A DNA stretch of 59,786 nucleotides, the filler included. It is 3 parts of 3 records of this genome, joined end to end, with 100 filler letters (N's around TTAATTAATTAA, not from the genome) between each part and the next. Parts side by side here need not be neighbours in the genome. Positions count along the whole stretch, not along the records: positions 29,999 to 54,296 come from SRR31156797_7118; 2 more parts are not named here. One strand, 5' to 3'. How positions within the stretch are numbered: position 1 is the first letter of the stretch; each line of letters starts with the position of its first letter. Positions 39,071-49,400 of the stretch are shown here, in pieces. A model generated the notes under the pieces. It saw nothing but the letters and a program-made list of their open reading frames with translations, ran no database searches and was not told the DNA's origin. A program made the position numbers and the translations under genes.

Positions 39071-40375
39071 ATGGGCTCTTTTAAAATTCGCGGTGGGAAA
39101 TCGCTTAAAGGAAGCATCATTCCGCAGGGCGCCAAAAACGAAGCCCTTCAGGTGATCTGCGCCACCCTCCTCACCGACCAAAAAGTCACCATCAGCAATA
39201 TTCCACAGATCATTGATGTAATCAAACTGATGGATCTGTTGAAATTTCTTGGCGTTCAGGTTGAGAAAATTAACGAAACAACTTATTCATTTCAGGCCTC
39301 TCAAATCGATCTCGAAATACTCAAATCAGAAACCTATAAAAAGAAAGGTGCCGGTTTGCGCGGATCGATTATGGTGGTGGGCCCGTTGCTTACAAGATTT
39401 GGTAAAGGATATATTCCACAACCTGGAGGCGACAAAATTGGCCGACGCAGACTTGACACCCATTTCATTGGATTGCAAAAGCTTGGTGCTGAGTTCAAGT
39501 ATGATTTTAATGAAAATTTTTACAAGGTTGATGCCTCCAAACTAACCGGTGCACATATGCTGCTGGATGAGGCATCGGTAACCGGTACGGCAAATATTGT
39601 GATGGCAGCTACCATGGCCAAAGGAAAAACCACCATTTTCAATGCAGCCTGCGAGCCTTACGTTGTTCAGCTATGCAAAATGCTCAACCGGATGGGAGCA
39701 AAAATCACAGGTATTGGATCAAACCTCCTCACCATTGAAGGGGTAAATTCGCTGAGCGGCTGCCAACATGAATTACTTCCCGATATGATCGAGGTTGGAA
39801 GTTTTATCGGACTGGCAGCCATGACACGCTCTGAGATTACCATCGAAAAGGTAAAGCCCGGGGAACTGGGAATCATTCCATCTGTTTTTAACAGGCTGGG
39901 CATTCAACTGGAGATCGGGCAAAATTCCATTTCCATTCCAAAACAGGACACTTACGAGGTAGAGACTTTCATGGACGGCTCCATCATGACCATAGCTGAT
40001 GCACCATGGCCGGGTTTCACCCCAGACCTGATCAGTATTGCCCTGGTAACGGCCATCCAGGCCAAAGGCAGCGTACTGATCCATCAAAAAATGTTTGAAA
40101 GCCGCCTGTTCTTTGTTGATAAACTTATCGATATGGGTGCCCAGATTATTTTGTGTGATCCGCACAGGGCAACCGTTATCGGGCTGGATCATAAGTATAA
40201 CCTGCGTGGCATCAGGATGAGTTCGCCCGACATCAGGGCCGGTGTGGCTTTGTTGATTGCTGCATTATCGGCCGATGGCAAAAGTATCATCGATAACATC
40301 GACCAGATCGACCGGGGATATCATAACATCGACGGCCGGTTGAAGAACATAGGTGCAGAAATTGAGAGAATCTAA
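39071..40375 (+). CDS. murA: UDP-N-acetylglucosamine 1-carboxyvinyltransferase
   Basis: QGAKNEAL, LRGSI, PGGDKIGRRRLDTH, SVTGTAN, PDMIE, PWPGF, PDIRAG, IDRGY. Confidence 0.95.
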   Translation: MGSFKIRGGKSLKGSIIPQGAKNEALQVICATLLTDQKVTISNIPQIIDVIKLMDLLKFLGVQVEKINETTYSFQASQIDLEILKSETYKKKGAGLRGSIMVVGPLLTRFGKGYIPQPGGDKIGRRRLDTHFIGLQKLGAEFKYDFNENFYKVDASKLTGAHMLLDEASVTGTANIVMAATMAKGKTTIFNAACEPYVVQLCKMLNRMGAKITGIGSNLLTIEGVNSLSGCQHELLPDMIEVGSFIGLAAMTRSEITIEKVKPGELGIIPSVFNRLGIQLEIGQNSISIPKQDTYEVETFMDGSIMTIADAPWPGFTPDLISIALVTAIQAKGSVLIHQKMFESRLFFVDKLIDMGAQIILCDPHRATVIGLDHKYNLRGIRMSSPDIRAGVALLIAALSADGKSIIDNIDQIDRGYHNIDGRLKNIGAEIERI

Positions 40376-40402
40376 AAATTAACCTCCAAAGCAAATTAAG
40401 CC

Positions 40403-40936
40403 ATGCAAAAAGTTCATGTATTTGGTTTTATAATCGGAGCATTTTTTCTATTAAACAACAACACTTCCAGCGCCCAGGCTGAAAGAGAAACCGGGCTGCA
40501 TATTGGAAACATACTGCCTGACCTGACCCTGAACGACCCTGAAGGGAACCCTGTAAGTCTTTCCGACCTCAGGGGAAATATTGTGTTTGTTGATTTTTGG
40601 GCATCATGGTGCCGTCCCTGCCGCAGGGAAAACCCGGTAGTTGTTGATACGTACAAAACATATAACGAAAGGGAGTTTAAACATGCTGAAGGGTTTAAAA
40701 TTTTTAGCGTTTCGCTGGATAAAACCAAAGAAGACTGGGTTAATGCAATCAAGGAAGACGGATTAATTTGGGACGAGCACGTGAGCGATTTGAAGGGCTG
40801 GCGTTCACCGGTTGCAAAAGCTTTTAATGTCAGGGCTATTCCGATGAATTACCTGATAAACCAGGATGGTGTGATCATCGCCAAAAATCTCCGTGGCCAC
40901 CAGATTGAAGAAAATTTGAAGAACCTGGTAAAATAA
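40403..40936 (+). CDS. TlpA-like thiol-disulfide oxidoreductase
   Basis: Signal peptide; VFVDFWASWCRPCRRENP; cis-Pro AIP. Confidence 0.9.
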   Translation: MQKVHVFGFIIGAFFLLNNNTSSAQAERETGLHIGNILPDLTLNDPEGNPVSLSDLRGNIVFVDFWASWCRPCRRENPVVVDTYKTYNEREFKHAEGFKIFSVSLDKTKEDWVNAIKEDGLIWDEHVSDLKGWRSPVAKAFNVRAIPMNYLINQDGVIIAKNLRGHQIEENLKNLVK

Positions 40937-40951
40937 ACCACGCAGCCGAAG

Positions 40952-40991
40952 TGACAATTTGACGTTAAATATGCATTGGCAGATTTTTTGA
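40952..40991 (+). promoter_or_regulatory. Putative sigma54-like promoter of grpE-dnaJ with an upstream TGAC repeat
   Basis: TGGCAGATTTTTTGA (GG-N10-GA) at 40977-40991, preceded by TGACAATTTGAC. Confidence 0.45.
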
Positions 40992-41055
40992 TCTGCGCCA
41001 TTCCATAATTCATGGAAGTTTTTGTTAATCTATTGGTTTTTAATACGATATTAAA

Positions 41056-41667
41056 ATGTCAGAAGAAAAAAAAGTAAAAGAGCAGGAAAATATGGAAGTG
41101 GAAAATGATGCCACAAAAGCAGAAGAAAAAGCCGATGTTAAAAACCAGACAGCAAAAAGTAAAAAGAAAAAGAAAGCTACAAATAAAAAAGTGAGCAAAG
41201 AAGCTAAACTGGAAGAGAAGATCGGGGAACTGGAAGAAAATCTGGCTGAGCTCAACGATAAATACCTCAGGCTTTTTTCCGAGTTCGATAACTACCGGAA
41301 ACGCACGACAAAAGAGCGACTTGAACTAATTGATACCGCATCAACAGATGTAATCAGGGAACTGCTACCTGTTTTGGATGATTTTGAACGGGCATTCAAA
41401 GCCAACGAAGCAAAATCAGAAGAAGATCAAAGCAACCTGGAAGGCTTCAAATTGATCTACAATAAAATGAAAGGAATCCTCAACCGCCGCGGGCTCGAAC
41501 CCATGAAGGCCATAGGAGAAGCTTTCGACACCGATTTTCATGAAGCCCTCACCAACATCCCGGCCCCTTCAGCAGATTTGAAAGGCAAAGTTGTTGATGA
41601 AATCGAAAAGGGTTATACCCTGAAAGGAAAAGTGATCCGGTTTGCCAAAGTAGTGGTGGGCCAGTAA
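41056..41667 (+). CDS. grpE: Nucleotide exchange factor GrpE
   Basis: YLRLFSEFDNYRKRT, LLPVLDDFERA, FDTDFHEA, KGYTLKGKVIRFAKVVV. Confidence 0.95.
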   Translation: MSEEKKVKEQENMEVENDATKAEEKADVKNQTAKSKKKKKATNKKVSKEAKLEEKIGELEENLAELNDKYLRLFSEFDNYRKRTTKERLELIDTASTDVIRELLPVLDDFERAFKANEAKSEEDQSNLEGFKLIYNKMKGILNRRGLEPMKAIGEAFDTDFHEALTNIPAPSADLKGKVVDEIEKGYTLKGKVIRFAKVVVGQ

Positions 41668-41706
41668 ACTGATCAATAGTCGCAAATGACCATTTAAAAC
41701 TCCGTC

Positions 41707-42849
41707 ATGACAAAAAGAGATTACTACGAAATACTGGAAGTATCAAAAACGGCATCCGATTCCGAGATCAAGAAGGCCTATCGTAAAATGGCCATAAAAT
41801 TTCATCCTGATAAAAACCCGGGTGATTCTGGAGCTGAAGAAAAATTCAAGGAAGCAGCCGAAGCCTACGAGATATTGCGCGATCCTGAAAAACGGCAGCG
41901 CTACGACAGGTTTGGCCATGATGGTGTGAGAGGCCAGGCAGGCGGCGGATATGGCATGTCGATGGATGATATTTTCTCCAATTTCGGTGATATTTTCGGA
42001 AGCGCTTTTGGAGGCTTTGGCGGAGGTTTTGGAAGCAGCTCGCGGAGGCGTCAGGTGAACCGGGGCACCAACCTGAGAGTGAAAGTTAAACTCACGCTTG
42101 AGGAAGTGGCCAATGGTGTAAAGAAAAAGATCAAGGTCAATAAATATGTCAAGTGTGATTCCTGTTCAGGTTCAGGTGCAAAGGGAGGTTCTTCGTACAA
42201 CACCTGTAGCACATGCCATGGTACCGGACAGGTAACACGTGTAACCAACACTTTCCTTGGCCAGATGCAAACCACATCTACCTGCCCAACCTGTGGGGGC
42301 GAAGGCCAGACCATCACATCGAAATGTACCAAATGTGGTGGCGATGGTATTGTGAAAGGTGAAGAAGTAATCAGCATTGACATCCCTGCCGGAGTTTCTG
42401 AAGGTATGCAACTTTCAGTAAGTGGAAAAGGAAATGCAGGTGCCCGCGGTGGCATTAACGGCGACCTGATTGTTTTGGTTGAAGAAATAGAACATAAGGA
42501 TTTAGTCCGTGATGGAGATAATATAATTTATAACCAATTCATCTCATATACCGATGCAGCACTTGGCTGTGACATTAGTGTTCCGACACTTGACGGTACA
42601 GCCAAAATAAAAATCGAGCCTGGAACACAGAGCGGTAAAGTGCTCCGGCTGAAAGGAAAAGGTGTACCTCACCTCCAGCAATATGGCCGTGGCGACCTGT
42701 TGGTGAACATCAGCCTGTGGACACCTCAAAGTTTGACAAAAGAAGAAAGAACCATGCTGGAAAAACTTGGAAAATCCGAAAATTTCGCACCCAATCCAAC
42801 AAGGAGCCAGCGCAATATTTTCAGCAGAATGAAGGAATATTTCCAGTAG
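41707..42849 (+). CDS. dnaJ: Chaperone DnaJ
   Basis: J-domain with HPD, G/F region, four CxxCxGxG repeats. Confidence 0.97.
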   Translation: MTKRDYYEILEVSKTASDSEIKKAYRKMAIKFHPDKNPGDSGAEEKFKEAAEAYEILRDPEKRQRYDRFGHDGVRGQAGGGYGMSMDDIFSNFGDIFGSAFGGFGGGFGSSSRRRQVNRGTNLRVKVKLTLEEVANGVKKKIKVNKYVKCDSCSGSGAKGGSSYNTCSTCHGTGQVTRVTNTFLGQMQTTSTCPTCGGEGQTITSKCTKCGGDGIVKGEEVISIDIPAGVSEGMQLSVSGKGNAGARGGINGDLIVLVEEIEHKDLVRDGDNIIYNQFISYTDAALGCDISVPTLDGTAKIKIEPGTQSGKVLRLKGKGVPHLQQYGRGDLLVNISLWTPQSLTKEERTMLEKLGKSENFAPNPTRSQRNIFSRMKEYFQ

Positions 42850-42921
42850 AAACTGGTTATTGATAAACAACTTTATTTGATTCGATTCAGATGACTTTCA
42901 ATCATAAAAAAATATAGGACC

Positions 42922-42951
42922 AAACCGGCAATCATAAATGCCGGTTTTTTT
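42922..42951 (+). terminator. Intrinsic terminator after dnaJ
   Basis: AAACCGGCA-atcataaa-TGCCGGTTT followed by TTTT. Confidence 0.8.
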
Positions 42952-43037
42952 GTATTTTTTTTGCATACAGTTAAAAAACAACCTACTAAAAATGAATTTA
43001 CCAGGCTATTTTTAGCCGTCAGAAACACCTAAGATCG

Positions 43038-43964
43038 ATGAACATATTAACCGCAGAAAATATTCGCAAACAATTCTCAGGTCACCTCGCCCTGGATGAT
43101 GTAAGCATAAGTGTACCTTCCGGTAGCATATTCGGGCTGCTGGGGCCGAATGGTGCCGGAAAGACCACCCTCATCCGGATCATCAACCGCATTACCGCCC
43201 AGGATCAGGGTGAACTTCTTTTTGACGGAAAACCCATCAGGGCAAAGGATGTAAACCAAATCGGCTACCTGCCTGAAGAACGTGGGCTTTACAAAAAAAT
43301 GAAGGTCGGCGAACAGGCCCTCTACCTGGCTCAATTGAAAGGACTCAGTAAAAGTGAGGCCCTGAAACGATTGAAGGAATGGTTTGTTAAATTTGAGATA
43401 GAGGCCTGGTGGAACAAAAAGGTAGAGGAATTGTCCAAAGGTATGCAGCAAAAAGTACAGTTTATCGTAACGGTACTGCATAAACCAAAGCTGCTGATTT
43501 TTGATGAGCCCTTCTCCGGTTTCGACCCGATTAATGTTAACCTGCTCAAGGCTGAGATTATCAAACTGAAAGATGAAGGCAGCACGGTAATTTTCTCAAC
43601 CCACAACATGGCCTCCGTTGAAGAGTTGTGTGATCACATTGCCCTGATCAACAACTCCCGGAAAATTCTGGACGGAGAAATGAACCAAATAAAATCCGAT
43701 TTCAAAAAGAACATTTTTGAGATCGTTTATAAAAACGGCCATCACTGCCTCAGTGAAAACCTTCCGGAAACATATCAAATCCTGGAAGAGAAACATGATG
43801 TTCAGCTCAATCGTGCGAAGATACAGGTCCCACACTCCGAATCGCCCAACGACCTGCTCAACTTTGCCATCAGCCATGTTGAGGTTCATGGATTTACCGA
43901 AATTCTACCTTCCATGAACGACATATTTATTTCGAAAGTTGAAGAAGCCAAAAAAGCCAGTTAA
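43038..43964 (+). CDS. ABC-2 type transporter ATPase (YhaQ/NatA-like)
   Basis: GPNGAGKTT, GYLPEERGLY, LSKGMQQK, DEPFSGFDP, PSMNDIFI. Confidence 0.9.
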   Translation: MNILTAENIRKQFSGHLALDDVSISVPSGSIFGLLGPNGAGKTTLIRIINRITAQDQGELLFDGKPIRAKDVNQIGYLPEERGLYKKMKVGEQALYLAQLKGLSKSEALKRLKEWFVKFEIEAWWNKKVEELSKGMQQKVQFIVTVLHKPKLLIFDEPFSGFDPINVNLLKAEIIKLKDEGSTVIFSTHNMASVEELCDHIALINNSRKILDGEMNQIKSDFKKNIFEIVYKNGHHCLSENLPETYQILEEKHDVQLNRAKIQVPHSESPNDLLNFAISHVEVHGFTEILPSMNDIFISKVEEAKKAS

Positions 43965-43966
43965 CC

Positions 43967-45307
43967 ATGAACAAGATATTTATCATCATAAAACGCGAAT
44001 ATCTAACGCGCGTAAAAAAGAAGTCATTTTTAATCATGACATTCCTCGGGCCTTTGCTCATGGCCTCGGTTTATATTCTCCCGGTATATTTTGCTACACT
44101 TTCGGATGAAGAAAAAACCATCCAGATACTCGATGAAACCGGTTTATTCATCAATCAGTTTAAGGACACTGACGAGTACACCTTTATTCCGATAGATTTT
44201 GATGTGGAGATAGCCAAGGAAAACTTTGCCAACAGCGGGGATTACGGCCTGCTTTATATCCCGAAAACTGAACTGAGCGTACCTTCAACCGGAATCCTTT
44301 ACACGCTCACATCGCCGGGTATGGACATTGTAAGCCACATAAAGGGTGTGATGAAGCGGGAAGTGGAAAGCCTGAAACTGGAGGCCTCCGGAGTGGATCC
44401 GGAAATCCTCAAAGCCATTAAATCCAATGTCAATATAACAACACTTGAAATAACAGAAACAGGTGAAGAAAAGGAAAGCAGCCCGATTTTTAATATGGGG
44501 CTGAGTATAATTGCCGCCCTGCTTATATATATGTTTATTTTCATTTTCGGTTCGCAGGTAATGCGTGGTGTGCTTGAAGAAAAAACCAATCGGATTGTGG
44601 AGGTTATTGTATCATCGGTAAAACCATTCCAGCTTATGATGGGAAAAATCGTGGGAGTTGCCATGGTTGGCCTCACACAGTTTATGCTTTGGGTTGTGCT
44701 CACGCTCATCCTGGTAACAGTTGTTGGCAGTGTAATCGGTATGGATCAGTTTACCGAAAACCCCCAACAAATTGTTGGAACGCAGGGCAAAATGCTCAAT
44801 GAAGAACAGTTGGCCGAATTCAAGCAAAGCCAGGAAAGCAATTCCGGAATCAGCAATACCATCTTCCAGGGGTTTGCAAACACCGAATGGGGCGTAATGA
44901 TCGGCGCATTCCTGTTCTACTTCCTTTTCGGATACTTTCTCTACGGTGCTTTGCTGGCAGCCATTGGCTCAGCAGTGGATAACGAAACAGACACCCAGCA
45001 GTTTATGTTGCCGGTTACCATTCCGCTCATCCTGTCTATGGTGATGATCGGTTTCATCATCAGCAACCCCAACAGTCCGGTGGCCTTTTGGTTTTCCATC
45101 ATTCCACTCACTTCACCGGTTGTGATGCTTGCACGATTGCCTTTCGGCGTTCCGGTTTGGGAAGTCTGGCTTTCGATGGGACTGCTATTGCTGGGATTTC
45201 TGGGTGCCACCTGGCTGGCCGGTAAAGTATACCGTACAGGCATCCTGATGTATGGTAAAAAACCAACCTACAAGGAATTGTGGAAGTGGATCAAGTACAG
45301 GAATTAG
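43967..45307 (+). CDS. ABC-2 type transporter permease (YhaP/NatB-like)
   Basis: KREYLTRVKKKSF, VMRGVLEEKTNRIVEVIVSSVKPFQLMMGKI, IPLTSPVVM, YRTGILMYGKK. Confidence 0.9.
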   Translation: MNKIFIIIKREYLTRVKKKSFLIMTFLGPLLMASVYILPVYFATLSDEEKTIQILDETGLFINQFKDTDEYTFIPIDFDVEIAKENFANSGDYGLLYIPKTELSVPSTGILYTLTSPGMDIVSHIKGVMKREVESLKLEASGVDPEILKAIKSNVNITTLEITETGEEKESSPIFNMGLSIIAALLIYMFIFIFGSQVMRGVLEEKTNRIVEVIVSSVKPFQLMMGKIVGVAMVGLTQFMLWVVLTLILVTVVGSVIGMDQFTENPQQIVGTQGKMLNEEQLAEFKQSQESNSGISNTIFQGFANTEWGVMIGAFLFYFLFGYFLYGALLAAIGSAVDNETDTQQFMLPVTIPLILSMVMIGFIISNPNSPVAFWFSIIPLTSPVVMLARLPFGVPVWEVWLSMGLLLLGFLGATWLAGKVYRTGILMYGKKPTYKELWKWIKYRN

Positions 45308-45394
45308 GCGTAGCGCAAAGGGCACAGAGCTTAGCGCAGAGCGCTAAATCAAACATCTGACTTCTGACATCGGACATCTGATATCAGTTATCTG
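45308..45394. repeat. Two degenerate heptamer tandem arrays
   Basis: gcgtagc/gcaaagg/gcacaga/gcttagc/gcagagc, then acatctg/acttctg/acatcgg/acatctg/atatcag/ttatctg. Confidence 0.7.
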
Positions 45395-45455
45395 AAGTGC
45401 AATTTTTGATCTGTGATTTTACTGCTCTCGATATTTTAATTACTTTTTTAAGACA

Positions 45456-45488
45456 ATTCATAAGATGACTTCGAGTCATCATATGAAT
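45456..45488. repeat. REP-like palindrome
   Basis: ATTCATA-A-GATGACT-tcg-AGTCATC-A-TATGAAT; a degenerate relative lies at 42885-42905. Confidence 0.55.
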
Positions 45489-45558
45489 ACAACACTTGTA
45501 TTAATTCAAACAATAGTGCTATCATTGCCGGCAGATTAATCAATCATAAAATATCCGG

Positions 45559-46398
45559 ATGAATTACATACAGATTGAGTTTATATTTAACGAGGAAAAA
45601 TCAGCAGAATCCACAGAAATCCTGATTGCACTGTTGGGCGAGATGCCTTTCGAGAGTTTCGAAGAAACTGAAAAGGGACTAAATGCATTTATGCCTGCAA
45701 ATCTCTACAATCAGGATGAAACAGCATTTCAAATAAAGGAAATCCAAAGCATCCTGGGGTTCACTTTCGAGGTTACAGAAATCGAAGACCAGAACTGGAA
45801 CAAAAAATGGGAAAGCAATTACGACCCCGTTTTGATTGACGAAAAATGCTACATCCGTGCGCCATTTCACGATCTAAAACCCGGTGTTGATTTCGAAATC
45901 ATCATCGAACCTAAAATGTCGTTCGGCACAGCCCACCACGAAACCACCTCCATGATGATCAGTTACGTTTTGGAAAACAAATGGAACGGACGATCAGTTT
46001 TGGATATGGGTTGCGGAACCGGCGTACTGGCGATCCTCGCCTCAATGAAAGGCGCAACGGATCTGGTGGCCATCGACAACGATGAATGGGCCTACACCAA
46101 TACCCTGGAAAACCTGGAGAGAAACAAAACCCAAAATATCCTGGCGTTGATGGGTGGAAAAGAGGCTATTCCTGACAGAAAATTCGAGGTTATTCTCGCC
46201 AACATCAACCGGAATATTTTACTCGACCAAATGGAAAGTTACGAAAAAGCCCTTGCACCAAATGGCCGGCTGATCATTAGTGGGTTCTATGAGGAGGATC
46301 TTGCGGTAATTAAGGAAAGTGCTGCAAAATGGAATCTGAAGTTTACAACTCACAAAACCAAAAATAACTGGTGCGCCGCAGCTTTCGAAAAAGAATAA
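45559..46398 (+). CDS. prmA: Ribosomal protein L11 methyltransferase
   Basis: NWNKKWE, IEPKMSFGTAHHETT, VLDMGCGTGVLAI, ILANINRN, ISGF. Confidence 0.94.
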   Translation: MNYIQIEFIFNEEKSAESTEILIALLGEMPFESFEETEKGLNAFMPANLYNQDETAFQIKEIQSILGFTFEVTEIEDQNWNKKWESNYDPVLIDEKCYIRAPFHDLKPGVDFEIIIEPKMSFGTAHHETTSMMISYVLENKWNGRSVLDMGCGTGVLAILASMKGATDLVAIDNDEWAYTNTLENLERNKTQNILALMGGKEAIPDRKFEVILANINRNILLDQMESYEKALAPNGRLIISGFYEEDLAVIKESAAKWNLKFTTHKTKNNWCAAAFEKE

Positions 46399-46462
46399 TT
46401 GAATAATATTGCGGACGGTTTTGCGCTATAATCAAATATTAAAAACAGAATCTCAATCGCTG

Positions 46463-49400
46463 ATGAAGCACGCCGGAAACCTCGTCCTGATCATCCTTTT
46501 ACTGACCTCATCCCTGGTCAGGTCGCAGGTGGTTCGTAATTTCACACCCGATTCTGCAAAATATATTGAGGGGCTTTCCATCCTTTTTGAACGGATTTCC
46601 AATAAAGATAACCAGGAAGATGCAATACAAACCCTCGAAAACTTTAAACAGTTGTGGGGCATCCAGGCCTTTGACACCACCCAACAAAACAACATTTACC
46701 GCCTCTCCAACCTGATGCTCGACCGCAGGGTAAAATCCTATCCCTACTTTGCCGTGATGCTGCAATCGCTTACCTCGATGAAAAATCAGGCCTATACTGA
46801 TGACCAGATCAACACCTGGATTACGGGAGCCACACAAATACTGGAGCAATCAAGGAGCCAGAAAAACTTCATCAGTTTGATGGATTTCTCGGCATCGTTG
46901 TTCGAAAACAATGCACTTTATGAGGCCAGGCTCTTTAAATGGTACGCCACCGGACGGAATAATTTCAGGTTTAAGAGCGACTCTGTTTTCAAAGTAATTT
47001 TTGAAACCACAGATCTGGTATGCACCAACCTGCTCGACAGCTCAATAATATACAACACAGCAGGAACCTATTATCCGCTGGATTTCAAATGGATAGGGAA
47101 ATCCGGAAAAATAACCTGGGAACGGGCCGGACTGGATCCCGATGAAGTTTATGCAAGATTTGGAAATTTTACGGTTTCCCTGAAATCATCGCCATACACC
47201 ATTGACGATGTAAACTTTTATCACGCCAAATATCTGCCGGAGCCGCTTACCGGAAAGCTTACCGAAAAAATTTCAACGGATGTGGTTGAACCGGGTAACG
47301 CCGATTATCCATATTTCCAATCGGATGTTAGAGACCTTTTTATCGGCGATATTTTTAAAGATGTGGATTATGACGGCGGTTTTGCCATGAAAGGCATCAA
47401 CATCCTTGGCGAAGGTGACGAATACCGGGTGGCAAAACTAACCTTTAAACGGCCTTATCGCGATAAGCAGGGAAAATACGACATGCTCCTGGCACGGTCG
47501 AAAGCATTTATTATCAAGCCGGATGGCATCAACGCGTCAAATGCCCAGGTAACCATTCATCACCAGGACGACTCTTTGTTTCATACCGGGTTGCAGTTTA
47601 AATACATACATGACACCCGCGAGGTATCACTCCTTCGGGTTGAGAAAGGGATCAGCGAAAGCCCGTATTTCAACACCTTCCATAATGTGGACGTGGATGT
47701 GGAGGCCGTTTATTGGGATATGGACGAGTCCGACATCAGGTTTCGGTCCATAATGGGTATACAGCCCATTAGCGAAGCTTTGTTTATTTCGGACAAGTAT
47801 TTCATCGAAAGGGAATACGACATGCTCCAGGGCCTGGATTATACCCATCCGCTCGTCGTGATCAACAACTATGCAAACAAATACAACACCGATCGATTTT
47901 ATGCATATCAGCTGGCCCGCTTCATGAACATGCCCGAAAACCAGGTTGAGCTGCAATTGATAAGGTTGGCGAAATATGGTTTTCTGTTTTATAATACGGA
48001 TACCAAACGAGCCATCATCAACGACAAACTTTACCACTACATTGCCGCCAAGGCCGGAAGGAAAGATTATGACGTGATCTCATTCTTTTCGCAGGTTGAA
48101 AACCAGGACAATGCCACCCTGAGCCTGGACAATTTCGACCTGAAGATCAGAGGTGTGCCACAGGTTTTTATCAGTGATTCGCAGAATGTTTACATCCAGC
48201 CTACCAACGGTGAGGTTACGCTACGGAAAAACCGCGATTTTCTTTTCTCGGGAAATATCGAAGCCGGGCTGTTCCAGTTTAAAACCACAGGAGCCTATTT
48301 CGAGTACGACACATTCAAGGTAAATCTTCCGGTAATTGATGAGATGCGTTTTAAGGTGCGTGCTTTTGACGATGAACCCGGTGAGTTGAATTTTGTGGAT
48401 GTGAAGACGGTAATTTCTGACATCAGCGGTGAGATTTTCATCGATTTTCCCTCCAACAAAAATGGCTTGCGTGATTACCCGGATTACCCGATTTTTTCGA
48501 GTTCCGGACAGTCGTTCGTGTACTACAACCAGGATTCCATTCACAACAACGCATATAATCCCGAAACTTTCAACTACAATGTGCAGCCGTTTACCATCAA
48601 ACGGCTGGCGGATTTTTCCAACAAGGAACTGGAATTTAACGGCTTCCTCAACTCCGGGGGCATTTTCCCGCCGGAGGTGAGCAGTGCGCTCAAAGTGATG
48701 CCGGATTATTCCCTGGGATTCAACATTAAATCGCCACCACAAGGCTATCCAATTTACGGTGGAACCGGAACTTTTTACGATTCAGTTTCGCTCAGCAACA
48801 AGGGCCTACGTGGGTCGGGAAGGCTGGAATACCTGAACACAACTGCTACAGGCCGAAACCTGGTCTTTTATCCTGATTCAGCCATCGGAAAGTTTGACCG
48901 TTTCAGCATTGAGCAATCAACCCGGGGAAATGGGTTTCCCAAGGTTGAGGGCAGCGATCTGGCCATGCGTTGGATGCCTTACCGCGATTCGCTGTTCCTG
49001 GCGAGCAACGATTCGCTTATCGATATGTACGGTGGAAGAGCCCAACTCAAAGGCAACCTGACATTTACACCTGATGTTCTGACAGGTGACGGACGACTGG
49101 ATTTTTACACTGCCAGGACATTTTCGGAGGATTACACTTTTGGAAACGATTATTTCAGTTCAGACTCGTTAAAGCTGGCCATTCGCGATTTCAACGGGGA
49201 AGAAGTGGCTTTTTCCGCCGACAGGTTTTCCGCCAATGTGAATTTCGATCAGCAGACGGGGTCATTCCAATCCATATCTGACAGTTCATTTGTTGGCTTC
49301 CCATTGAACCGGTTTGAAGCAGGCCTGAATGAGTTCGACTGGTACATGAACCGGAATGAGATAAAATTGCACAGCTACCAGATAAATAGCAATAAAGACC

